The notes beneath the pieces were generated by a model. That model saw nothing but the letters and a program-made list of their open reading frames with translations. It was not told the DNA's origin and ran no database searches. Source: a virus (Duplodnaviria > Caudoviricetes). Taken from it: a stretch of 32,702 nucleotides of DNA. A program made the translations under genes and the position numbers. Location of the stretch: positions 1 to 32,702 of the IMG/VR virus record IMGVR_UViG_3300048762_000474. One strand, written 5' to 3'. This document shows positions 1 through 7,383 of the stretch, one piece after another (position 1 is the stretch's first letter; the number at the start of each line of letters is the position of its first letter).

Positions 1-1482
1 TTAAGCCATAATCAAGTTAGAGGTATCATCCTCTCTTGAGTAGAGCCATTGATTTGATTTAGAAGAATAAACTACGCATTGAAGCTCATCTCGTCTAAGG
101 ATGCTTTGTGGAATTTGTCGTTTTACCATAAAAGTACTTAGTTCTTCTTGGGTTGGAATTCTAGCTGAAATATATCGGGCTACATCTTCCATCATGTGGA
201 AAAATCTGTCTTCATTGAGTTTTGTCAAGCTGTCTTGAACTTGAGATAACAAGGTTGAAACGCTGCTCAGTTGCCCATTCATGTTGTTAATTTGGGCATC
301 TTTGTAATTTGAGTTTTGCATCAAGGCCTGGATGATTCCTTGATTGCTTTTAGATTCTTGTTCAAAGGTTTTTGATTTATTCTCCAGCTCTTCTATTTTC
401 TGATTGTCAACTGACCCATTCAAAGATAGGTATTTTTCGAACTGCTTATAATTTTTCCTAAGCTCCTCCACATCATAATTCATGTATGCCTTTTCAGTAG
501 GTGAGATTGAATGCCCACAGAAGTACTCAACTAAGGTTGAGTTCATGTTGTTTAGTTTCAGAATGGATATGAAGGCTGTTCTCAGAGCATGTGGTCTGGC
601 GGGATTCATGTCAGCACTTTTTAGCTTCTCTTTGGTAACTAATCCGGACTCAAACGCGGCCCTTCTCATAAAGCATTCAATCAGGAATGGATAAATTTTC
701 TTAATTTTATTACTATTTTTTCTTGTTGTAAATTCAATTGTGAAAAGAGGAGACTCGTCATTTAGAGTCTCTTCATCTCTAACTCTTTGGGCCAAATATG
801 ATTTTATTGCCTCTATTGCGTCGGATCCAAGGAAAGTTTCGTACTCAACATTTTCCTTTTGTCGTATAATGTGCAAGTATAGGGGTCGTTCATTGTTCTG
901 TAGCCCATTTTTTACATCACCATAAGTTAAGTTGCATAGCTCATTTATGCTCATTCCACTTTGGAACAGAGTTAGTATAATTGCCCTATCCCGGAGGCTC
1001 GTAACTGATTCGATTAGTTTTCTGATTTCTGGGATTCTGAGTGTTAACTTGAAGTTTTCTTTCTTTTTGACAGCTTTTGGTAGTTTTACAATTAATGGAA
1101 AGTTATTTTGTCTGTAGAAGCCTTTGATGGCGTGGCTGTAGGTGCAGGCAAGGTTGCTTGATAACTGTTTTTTGCTTGTTGACCTTCTATTACCCGTACC
1201 ATGTTGTTTCTGTATGTATTCGGTTGTTAGCCATTGGAAAAAAGTTCTTATTTTGTGTTCGGGTTCTCCTCTTTGTCTTGCGTTTTTTTGTCTATCTTTT
1301 TCAGCTTCATCAATAAGTTCCTTGGGAGTTAGGTTGGTGAACTCCATATAGGCGGTTAGTGCTGAAAGATAAACTCTTTTTGTTCCTATGATCTTGCCTT
1401 CGAGCCATTTCTTGACTTCATATTGCTCAAAAAGGATTTGTTTTGTATTTTGCGCCTCATTAAAGGCTTTATTCTTCTCCAT
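1..1482 (-). CDS. Tyrosine recombinase/integrase with C-terminal coiled coil (493 aa from MEKNK)
   Basis: RDRAIILTLFQSGMSINEL, RQK, HALR, CGH and KAY motifs; ATG at 1482 lies 22-29 nt downstream of TATTTAAA. Confidence 0.9.
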   Translation of the reverse strand: MEKNKAFNEAQNTKQILFEQYEVKKWLEGKIIGTKRVYLSALTAYMEFTNLTPKELIDEAEKDRQKNARQRGEPEHKIRTFFQWLTTEYIQKQHGTGNRRSTSKKQLSSNLACTYSHAIKGFYRQNNFPLIVKLPKAVKKKENFKLTLRIPEIRKLIESVTSLRDRAIILTLFQSGMSINELCNLTYGDVKNGLQNNERPLYLHIIRQKENVEYETFLGSDAIEAIKSYLAQRVRDEETLNDESPLFTIEFTTRKNSNKIKKIYPFLIECFMRRAAFESGLVTKEKLKSADMNPARPHALRTAFISILKLNNMNSTLVEYFCGHSISPTEKAYMNYDVEELRKNYKQFEKYLSLNGSVDNQKIEELENKSKTFEQESKSNQGIIQALMQNSNYKDAQINNMNGQLSSVSTLLSQVQDSLTKLNEDRFFHMMEDVARYISARIPTQEELSTFMVKRQIPQSILRRDELQCVVYSSKSNQWLYSREDDTSNLIMA

Positions 1483-1503
1483 AACGTACGATATAAGACG
1501 CCA

Positions 1504-1511
1504 TTTAAATA
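1504..1511 (-). promoter_or_regulatory. Archaeal TATA box for the first recombinase (probably leaderless mRNA)
   Basis: TATTTAAA on the minus strand at the expected distance from ATG 1482. Confidence 0.55.
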
Positions 1512-1534
1512 GTTTATTGAACGTACACCTTTTC

Positions 1535-1570
1535 AAACTTACATTAAACCCAAAACTTACATTAAACCCA
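1535..1570. repeat. Perfect 2 x 18-bp tandem direct repeat AAACTTACATTAAACCCA
   Basis: Copies at 1535-1552 and 1553-1570, between the divergent recombinase genes. Confidence 0.9.
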
Positions 1571-1656
1571 AAAATTGGATAAGGAGGCAAAATGTTTTTT
1601 GCACTATTGAAGATGCCTTGTTGGATGAACAGGCTTTTAAGTAGACAATCTCAATA

Positions 1657-2814
1657 TTGGCAACACTTATAACACCAAACCGCCAAGCAACCAAACAGAG
1701 AGATGAAAAAGTGCCTAAACCCAACAGAGCCCCAAAACACACCACACAAAAATACAGCACCACAGAAAAACACATCCAACCCTGGATCAACCAACACGAA
1801 AACATCAAAATATATCTGGGGCGCCTAAACGCAAACAAAACACGCATAGGCCTATACCTCTACCGCTACTGCGAATGGGCAAACAAAACCCCCGAGCAGC
1901 TCTTAGAATTAAAAACCAGCTACGACAACTCAGACGCAGAAAAACTACTAGACCGATTCACCATAACCGACAAGTTTCCTGAAAGCACAAAATTCACCAT
2001 GATAAACGCGGTGAAAGCTTTCTACCGCACAAATTATAAGCAACTTCAAACGGCAGCAGGCAAATTCGAATACGCCACACTAAAATGCCAAGGCGTCCTA
2101 CCCAAAGATCAGCGATTGAAACTGTATTTAGCCTGCTACACCCCACGGGACCGCGCATTAATCATGACAGCCATGTGCACAGCGATCGCCCGAGAATCTA
2201 TAGCGTTGATGTGCTGGAACCACTTTGAAGAAGACTGGATGCAGCAAGAACTCCCCTGCCTAACATTACCCAGCAGCATAATCAAAGGACACGGCAAAGG
2301 AAAATACCGAGGCGTCCAACAAGTCACGTTTTTAACACCCGAAGCAAAACACGAACTATTAGCTTACCGCACCTGGTACCAAAAAACATTCAAACACAAC
2401 TGGCAACCAAACGAACACATCTTTCTCAGCGTAAAAGACAACATCCACGAACCTCTCACAAAAGAAGGCCTCGCCAGAGTAATGATCCACCTAACCAAGC
2501 GGGCAGAAATCCCCTTTGGAATCCACAGCGGCCGCATGATAGTGCAAACAGCCCTAGAAAACGTCGGAGTCTCACCCAACTGGGTACGAAAAATAAAAGG
2601 CAGAAAAGTCAAAGGCGAAGAATCACCCTACAGCAAACCCGCCCGAGAACAGCTCCGCCAAAAATACAAACAAGCCCTCCCCGACCTCGAATTCCTAACA
2701 ACCCACAATACACCCAAAGACACACAGCAACAATTCCTAGAAAAATTCTCCAAAGTGCTAGCGAAGTACCCCGAGCAATTCGAGAAATTCGAACAATTCA
2801 TACTCAAACTATAG
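1657..2814 (+). CDS. Second tyrosine recombinase/integrase (start uncertain; GTG at 1711 possible)
   Basis: RDRALIMTAMCTAIARES, IKG, HSGR (HxxR), KGR in place of LGH, SPY nucleophile; N-terminal SAM-like helical domain. Confidence 0.85.
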   Translation: MATLITPNRQATKQRDEKVPKPNRAPKHTTQKYSTTEKHIQPWINQHENIKIYLGRLNANKTRIGLYLYRYCEWANKTPEQLLELKTSYDNSDAEKLLDRFTITDKFPESTKFTMINAVKAFYRTNYKQLQTAAGKFEYATLKCQGVLPKDQRLKLYLACYTPRDRALIMTAMCTAIARESIALMCWNHFEEDWMQQELPCLTLPSSIIKGHGKGKYRGVQQVTFLTPEAKHELLAYRTWYQKTFKHNWQPNEHIFLSVKDNIHEPLTKEGLARVMIHLTKRAEIPFGIHSGRMIVQTALENVGVSPNWVRKIKGRKVKGEESPYSKPAREQLRQKYKQALPDLEFLTTHNTPKDTQQQFLEKFSKVLAKYPEQFEKFEQFILKL

Positions 2815-2828
2815 TAGGAGATTAAGAA

Positions 2829-2969
2829 ATGCCTGAACAAAAAATAGATGCTGAGTTTCTTCATGAATTAGCAGTTGAAATACGAAAAAACACTCAAAGA
2901 CCTGCAATCAGGAAAAATAAAAATAGTGCCCAGTTAACTCCCAGACCAAGTGAACCCGATCGGGCCTAA
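2829..2969 (+). CDS. Small hypothetical protein (46 aa), possibly frameshifted at an A6 run
   Basis: AGGAG RBS at 2816-2820, ATG at 2829; MPEQKIDAEFLHELAVEIRK... Confidence 0.45.
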   Translation: MPEQKIDAEFLHELAVEIRKNTQRPAIRKNKNSAQLTPRPSEPDRA

Positions 2970-3021
2970 CTTGTTTTGAAACTGAGTAAGCCCGATCAGG
3001 CCCTCTTAGAGAAGGCCTAAA

Positions 3022-3134
3022 CCAAAGTAACTCCAATTTCAAACCTCTTTTCTTAGAGTAACTCCAACATTTCTTAACCTATGTTTAGAGTAAACCCCAA
3101 CATTTCTTAACCTTATTCTTAAGATGGAACTTAA
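3022..3134. repeat. About 3.5 degenerate tandem repeats of ~31-33 bp (core TTAGAGTAACTCCAACATTTCTTAACCT)
   Basis: Near-identical copies at 3053-3080 and 3085-3113, weaker copies at 3024-3046 and beyond 3114. Confidence 0.8.
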
Positions 3135-3249
3135 CGTTTGTCAAGTCTTCCTGGAGGATCTCTGCACTTAATTTTTTGGTCGACTGAAAAAAACTGAACA
3201 GTTGTTTAACACTTAGGCTTTTTAAGAACCTCCCAGACGTCTTGGGCAT
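3085..3249 (-). CDS. Possible small protein (54 aa, MPKTSGRFLK...)
   Basis: TGATG coupling to the upstream ORF; runs into the repeat tract. Confidence 0.3.
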   Translation of the reverse strand: MPKTSGRFLKSLSVKQLFSFFQSTKKLSAEILQEDLTNVKFHLKNKVKKCWGLL

Positions 3250-3392
3250 CAATACCTTAAATTCAGGTTATGCGGGCACAATTCACAGCTAAGGTCACAT
3301 CTACCGTTCCAACTGCAATTCTTGGTTTCCTTTGGTTCATGCACTTTCAACTGGGATTTTAGTAAGGCTTTAAGTTCTTTTCTCTTGCTCAC
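3249..3392 (-). CDS. Small Cys-rich protein (47 aa)
   Basis: GTG start after GGAGG; CSWNGRCDLSCELC. Confidence 0.6.
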   Translation of the reverse strand: MSKRKELKALLKSQLKVHEPKETKNCSWNGRCDLSCELCPHNLNLRY

Positions 3393-3393
3393 C

Positions 3394-3585
3394 TTAGACA
3401 GCCTCCAAACGCCGCCGAAGAACCAAAAGTTTAGCCCGCTCAAAAAACCCGCCTTCCAAAAGCTCACATCTTTCAGGCGTTATGTCGCAATCCATTGTTC
3501 GGATCTGTTCTTGCATGAAGAGTTGTTCTGCTTTTTCCCAGATTTGAGCTCTAACTTGCGGCCAAAACTTACCTTTCCGAGACAT
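3394..3585 (-). CDS. Hypothetical protein (63 aa)
   Basis: Tightly packed ORF ending in the RBS-containing LEAV*. Confidence 0.7.
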   Translation of the reverse strand: MSRKGKFWPQVRAQIWEKAEQLFMQEQIRTMDCDITPERCELLEGGFFERAKLLVLRRRLEAV

Positions 3586-3587
3586 CT

Positions 3588-4046
3588 CTAATAATCCTCC
3601 GGAAGCATAATCGTGTAGCGGCCTGTTTCGTTCTTCGCGAGGAAAACCTGTTGTTTCTTCCCGCTGGGCAACTCAATAATACCGCTCGCAAAATAATCGT
3701 CAGAAGCTTTTTTCGCAAAGATTCGCTGAGCCTGCATTAGTAAGTCGAAGATGTTGGCAATGTTGAGGGTTGGTTGGAGGCAACTGAGTTTGTTGCCGTG
3801 ATATTGTATCCAGACGTCGCAGGAGGCGCAGCGGTCATTGTGTCCTTTTTCTGGGTTTGGGACGCTGTTTTTGCATCGATCATCCCAGTAGCCTTTCTCA
3901 AGTAGGCCTGTGGTTATGTATTTTAGGAAGAAATCTTTGATGGGGCGTTTTAGGATTAAATCGACGTCAAAGAGGATCCCGTCTTCAACTGCTTCTGTGC
4001 TAGTGTAGGTGTAGATCACGTCTTTTTCGGAGAAAACTTGAGTCAT
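3588..4046 (-). CDS. Hypothetical protein of an MGE-associated family (DUF6573-like) with a Cys insert
   Basis: N-terminal IYTYTSTEAVEDGILFDV and C-terminal YTIMLPEDY motifs; CASC insert. Confidence 0.7.
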   Translation of the reverse strand: MTQVFSEKDVIYTYTSTEAVEDGILFDVDLILKRPIKDFFLKYITTGLLEKGYWDDRCKNSVPNPEKGHNDRCASCDVWIQYHGNKLSCLQPTLNIANIFDLLMQAQRIFAKKASDDYFASGIIELPSGKKQQVFLAKNETGRYTIMLPEDY

Positions 4047-4268
4047 CTAGACAGCCTCCAACTTCGCGTATGCTTCCTCTGCCTGCAACTCTTCTTTCGA
4101 CGGCTCTTTCACGACTTCAAAAAATTCAGGAAACAAAACCTCTATTCTACGCTTCACAAGTCCAAAAGCAGCGCGGGCATACTCTTCATTAGCATATATT
4201 GCGCCTTGCTCCGTGAACTCATAGAGGGCCTCTAATTTTTTTATTAATACGTTTTCTTCACGAGTCAT
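4047..4268 (-). CDS. Hypothetical protein (73 aa)
   Basis: GAGG RBS, ATG, ends LEAV* adjacent to the next ATG. Confidence 0.7.
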   Translation of the reverse strand: MTREENVLIKKLEALYEFTEQGAIYANEEYARAAFGLVKRRIEVLFPEFFEVVKEPSKEELQAEEAYAKLEAV

Positions 4269-4271
4269 GGT

Positions 4272-4430
4272 TTAAGCCTCTTTCGGTTTTTGATTGGGAA
4301 GCAAAAACGGGTAAACGAATTTAAGACAAGTTTTACAGAAATAATAGTGTCCGAGACTTGTTTTATGATTCTGCATAGCTTTTCCGCAGCACAGGGGACT
4401 TCTTTCATATATTTTTTGGGTTATCATCAT
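4272..4430 (-). CDS. Small Zn-ribbon protein (52 aa; not in ORF track)
   Basis: MMITQKIYERSPLCCGKAMQNHKTSLGHYYFCKTCLKF...; CCGKAM plus CxxC. Confidence 0.65.
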   Translation of the reverse strand: MMITQKIYERSPLCCGKAMQNHKTSLGHYYFCKTCLKFVYPFLLPNQKPKEA

Positions 4431-4455
4431 TTCAATTGCATCTCTTAAAATAATT

Positions 4456-4629
4456 TTAATTGAAAATTTTTAGTTGGAAATGGGGGTCAGAGGGTTCATT
4501 TAGTAGGCATTCTTCGCATAATACTAGGTTCTTTTCGTTTTGGCATCGCGGGCAGGGATCATAAGTAAATCCATATCTGATTTCTTGAATTTTTAAGAAT
4601 ATTTTTGATATTTCAGTTTTGAAGTTCAT
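4456..4629 (-). CDS. Small Zn-finger protein (57 aa; not in ORF track)
   Basis: MNFKTEISK...CPRC...CEEC...; first gene downstream of the TATA box at 4665-4672. Confidence 0.6.
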   Translation of the reverse strand: MNFKTEISKIFLKIQEIRYGFTYDPCPRCQNEKNLVLCEECLLNEPSDPHFQLKIFN

Positions 4630-4638
4630 TTTCAATCA

Positions 4639-4693
4639 ACTACATTTACTACACACACTTAATGTTTATAAAGCTTACTACACATACTACACA
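4639..4693. promoter_or_regulatory. Bidirectional promoter: palindromic TATA box TTTATAAA (4665-4672) flanked by TACTACACA direct repeats
   Basis: TACTACACA at 4647, 4676 and 4685; partial ACTACA at 4639; lies between divergent operons. Confidence 0.75.
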
Positions 4694-4734
4694 AACAACA
4701 GAAACAGTTAAAACAACATAAGGAGAAATAAAAT

Positions 4735-4908
4735 ATGGTTCAAAAAGTGATAAACAAATACGAAAGAACGAATATCTTTGTAATTGACAAAGAACTTTGG
4801 GCTTGGGCAAGCTACCGAGCAAAAACTCAAGGATACAACTCAACCTCAGAATATCTCTTTGACCTAATCAAACTCGACAAACAAAAAGACATCTTAAAAA
4901 AGAATTGA
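4735..4908 (+). CDS. Ribbon-helix-helix (CopG/Arc-like) DNA-binding protein (57 aa; not in ORF track)
   Basis: AGGAG RBS; RTNIFVIDKELWAWASYRAKTQGYNSTSEYLFDLI fits the beta-helix-G-x-S-x-SE-helix RHH pattern. Confidence 0.75.
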   Translation: MVQKVINKYERTNIFVIDKELWAWASYRAKTQGYNSTSEYLFDLIKLDKQKDILKKN

Positions 4909-4936
4909 TAGACAACCACAACTAAGGCGAAGAAAT

Positions 4937-5287
4937 ATGCTCTTCAAAAAAGCTCTCCTAGAAAAAGTGCTTCTAGGCCAAAAAACACAGACTAGAAGAT
5001 TAAGCACCCGAAGATACCACGTAGGCCGCACCTACGGCGTAACATGCAGACGCTACCAAAAAAGTCAAGCCCACATCCAAATAACCCAAGCAAAACAACA
5101 ACGCATCGGCGACATCACACTAGCAGACGTTAAAGCCGAAGGATTCGCTACATTAGAAGAATTCCGCGAAGCCTGGACCAAAATAAATGGAAATTATGAT
5201 CCAGAGCAAACCGTCACAGCCTACGAATTCCACAAAGTAGAAAACCACCAGACTAAAACACAACAACAGAAGATAGATGAAACATGA
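4937..5287 (+). CDS. ASCH domain protein
   Basis: GQKTQTRR (GxKxxTxR) signature, IGDITLADVKAEGF, terminal YEF strand. Confidence 0.9.
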   Translation: MLFKKALLEKVLLGQKTQTRRLSTRRYHVGRTYGVTCRRYQKSQAHIQITQAKQQRIGDITLADVKAEGFATLEEFREAWTKINGNYDPEQTVTAYEFHKVENHQTKTQQQKIDET

Positions 5288-5655
5288 GTCAAAAACAAGG
5301 TAAACTCTACCAGAAAATTAGAACAATAAGCCAACCTGTACCTCTAAGTCTTAAAGGTCAAGAACCAGTTCTTCGCCTAGTCCAAGAAGTAGTTACTAAC
5401 CTCATCGACGATGCAACAGCAGACTTCCCATTCAACATCTACTTTGACAACGCAGTAGGCGGAGAAAACCATTATAGCTTTTGCAAGAAAGGCGGCAGCC
5501 AAATAGAAGACGTCAGCGAAGTCACCAGAGGAGTTGCTGAATGGTTAGAACGCAATTTCTACGGCGTCAAAGAGAAAAAAGGGTTTTACCTAGTCAATCG
5601 GGACGACACCAAAACAGGTAAACCTTCGTCTGCAACAGCACCCCAACAACCCTAA
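5284..5655 (+). CDS. Hypothetical protein (123 aa)
   Basis: ATGA overlap with ASCH; 3' end overlaps the convergent ATPase-GNAT gene by 62 bp. Confidence 0.65.
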   Translation: MSQKQGKLYQKIRTISQPVPLSLKGQEPVLRLVQEVVTNLIDDATADFPFNIYFDNAVGGENHYSFCKKGGSQIEDVSEVTRGVAEWLERNFYGVKEKKGFYLVNRDDTKTGKPSSATAPQQP

Positions 5656-7039
5656 CCAACCGCGCCAACTTCGCAACATCCGCATTCCCAATCGCAATCT
5701 CCCAATCAACACGCGTAAAAAACATCTGACGCGCCCCCACACCACCAAACTCCTTCCGAAAACGCGGATGCCTATTACACCGAAACGCTTCCCTAAGCCT
5801 ACCCAGGTCCGGAGAACTCAAACCCTCAAGCTTCGCTTTAACGTAACGTTCACTTCCCAACAACTGCATATCAAACCCCAACTCCAACAGCACCCCAGAG
5901 ATTTTAGAAACAGACTTCACACTCTCCTGCACAGCAACACGTTTCATCCCGGCTTTTTCCGCGAAGGGCGAATACTTGGGCATAACCGCAATCAACTCCA
6001 CAAACTGAGTACCGCAAAGAGGCAACGTATCCCGAATCAACTTAGCCCCCAACCCCACCGTTCGATATTTCGGGTGAACAACCAACCGATTAATGATGCA
6101 AAGTTGCCTATTCGTCTCCTGCATAGACATACGTGGAAGCACCATTCGCCTACCAAAACAAGCCGGCGGAGGATAACAATACACGATCACACCGCAGAGC
6201 TCATCACCACGCACCAACCGAAAGATCCTGCGAACAACACTCGTCTTATGCCCCCGATAATGGAAACAACTGAGTTTCTCCCAGTCCTTTTTAGTGCCCT
6301 CTTCAACCTTCATCTCCCGAATCAAACTACACTCAGCAACAGAGGCGTTCGGGTAATACTTGATTTCGATCTCCTCACCAAACCGCTTATGCACAAGCAC
6401 ACTTGGCGAGAGATCCTCAACCAAGTCGCTATGCGTAGTCGCAACAATCACAGCTTTCCCTTGTTGCCGAGCAATCTTCTGCAGGTTAAAAGAAATAATC
6501 TTAGCCGTATCCCTATCCAGGCACGCGCAAAACTCATCCATCAACCACCACTGCTTCTTGGACTCAATTAACTTGGCGATTCTGTAACGGTACTTCTGGC
6601 CATCACTCAACTGTTCGTAAGACCGCAAAAAAAGGAAAGCGTCATTCAGACCCACTCGGCTAAGAAGCTCAAGTCCTTCCTCAACAGTAGCGCCAAGGGT
6701 CTCGATAAGTGGCGACTCCGGTGTGATTCGGACGTCTGATAAGTCGATGGCTTCCTCACCTAGATCTGCTCGGATGGCACGAAGCAAAACTGATTTGCCA
6801 CTGCCGCTATCTCCCGTAATGTAGACCACGTCTTGCGGTCCAATCTTGAGCTCCGCATCCAAAACCTTGAACACCTGAGCATCATCAATCCCTAAGCCGA
6901 ACGCTTCAGCAACCACAAGACTTCTGGGCGTTATCTTTGTGTGGGTTTCATAGCTTATGTTAAAGCTGAATTTGCCCTGGCATCTATCATACGTTCTTTG
7001 GCATTTATGAATCTGGAAAACATCCCTTCGACGCCTCAT
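5594..7039 (-). CDS. ABC-type ATPase fused to a GNAT (Mom-like) acetyltransferase
   Basis: Walker A GDSGSGKS, signature LSDGQ, Walker B WLMDE, H-loop TTH; then FHY, CGVIVY and NRLVVHPKYRTVGLG acetyl-CoA motif A; no transmembrane segments. Confidence 0.9.
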   Translation of the reverse strand: MRRRRDVFQIHKCQRTYDRCQGKFSFNISYETHTKITPRSLVVAEAFGLGIDDAQVFKVLDAELKIGPQDVVYITGDSGSGKSVLLRAIRADLGEEAIDLSDVRITPESPLIETLGATVEEGLELLSRVGLNDAFLFLRSYEQLSDGQKYRYRIAKLIESKKQWWLMDEFCACLDRDTAKIISFNLQKIARQQGKAVIVATTHSDLVEDLSPSVLVHKRFGEEIEIKYYPNASVAECSLIREMKVEEGTKKDWEKLSCFHYRGHKTSVVRRIFRLVRGDELCGVIVYCYPPPACFGRRMVLPRMSMQETNRQLCIINRLVVHPKYRTVGLGAKLIRDTLPLCGTQFVELIAVMPKYSPFAEKAGMKRVAVQESVKSVSKISGVLLELGFDMQLLGSERYVKAKLEGLSSPDLGRLREAFRCNRHPRFRKEFGGVGARQMFFTRVDWEIAIGNADVAKLARLVRVVGVLLQTKVYLFWCRPD

Positions 7040-7042
7040 TAC

Positions 7043-7141
7043 CTAGACACCACCGCCACCACAATCAGCACAGTCAGGTAGAGTGCAGTTATCGCATTCA
7101 CTATCAGAAACTACCCGGCCTGTAATTGGGCACCTACGCAT
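7043..7141 (-). CDS. Tiny Cys-rich peptide (32 aa; MRRCPITGRVVSDSECDNCTLPDCADCGGGGV)
   Basis: TAATG coupling and GGAGG RBS; fills the gap exactly. Confidence 0.55.
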   Translation of the reverse strand: MRRCPITGRVVSDSECDNCTLPDCADCGGGGV

Positions 7142-7383
7142 TAAGCTTCCCTCCGGAGACAATGCCGCAGAAACCCAACAAAAACATAAACCGCATAGCA
7201 CGAACCAAAAATGTACAGAGCCAACTCAGACAAACGCACCACCAAAAACGGTTCAACCCCGATAAAGTAACCGTAAATGTTGATCTGCACAAAAACAAAC
7301 ATTACCATAACAGTTGCCACTAACATGCAGATCCAACCGACTAAATGAAACAGCAAACAAAGAACCCTCAGAAGCAATCTCAT
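7141..7383 (-). CDS. Small membrane protein (2 predicted TM)
   Basis: ATGA overlap with terL stop; two hydrophobic stretches. Confidence 0.6.
   Translation of the reverse strand: MRLLLRVLCLLFHLVGWICMLVATVMVMFVFVQINIYGYFIGVEPFLVVRLSELALYIFGSCYAVYVFVGFLRHCLRREA

Noticed and set aside
1483-1590. N-terminal extension of integrase 1 (FGFNVSFGFNVS)
   Set aside because: Translation through the promoter and 18-bp repeat; a TATA box supports ATG 1482.
1582-1672. AGGAGG-ATGTTTTTTG mini-ORF as a frameshifted start of int2 (similar string near 26830-26845)
   Set aside because: An in-frame TAG at 1642 blocks entry into the int2 frame; the resemblance is probably coincidental.
3022-3134. Mini-CRISPR array (repeat ends resemble ...GAAAT)
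   Set aside because: Repeats are essentially contiguous and degenerate with no unique 30-40-nt spacers; no cas genes.
1-3250. tRNA gene or attL/attR core near the integrases
   Set aside because: No cloverleaf or T-loop motif recognised, and no long duplication elsewhere in the window.
5594-7039. ABC transporter
   Set aside because: No permease or binding-protein partner; the ATPase is fused to a GNAT domain.
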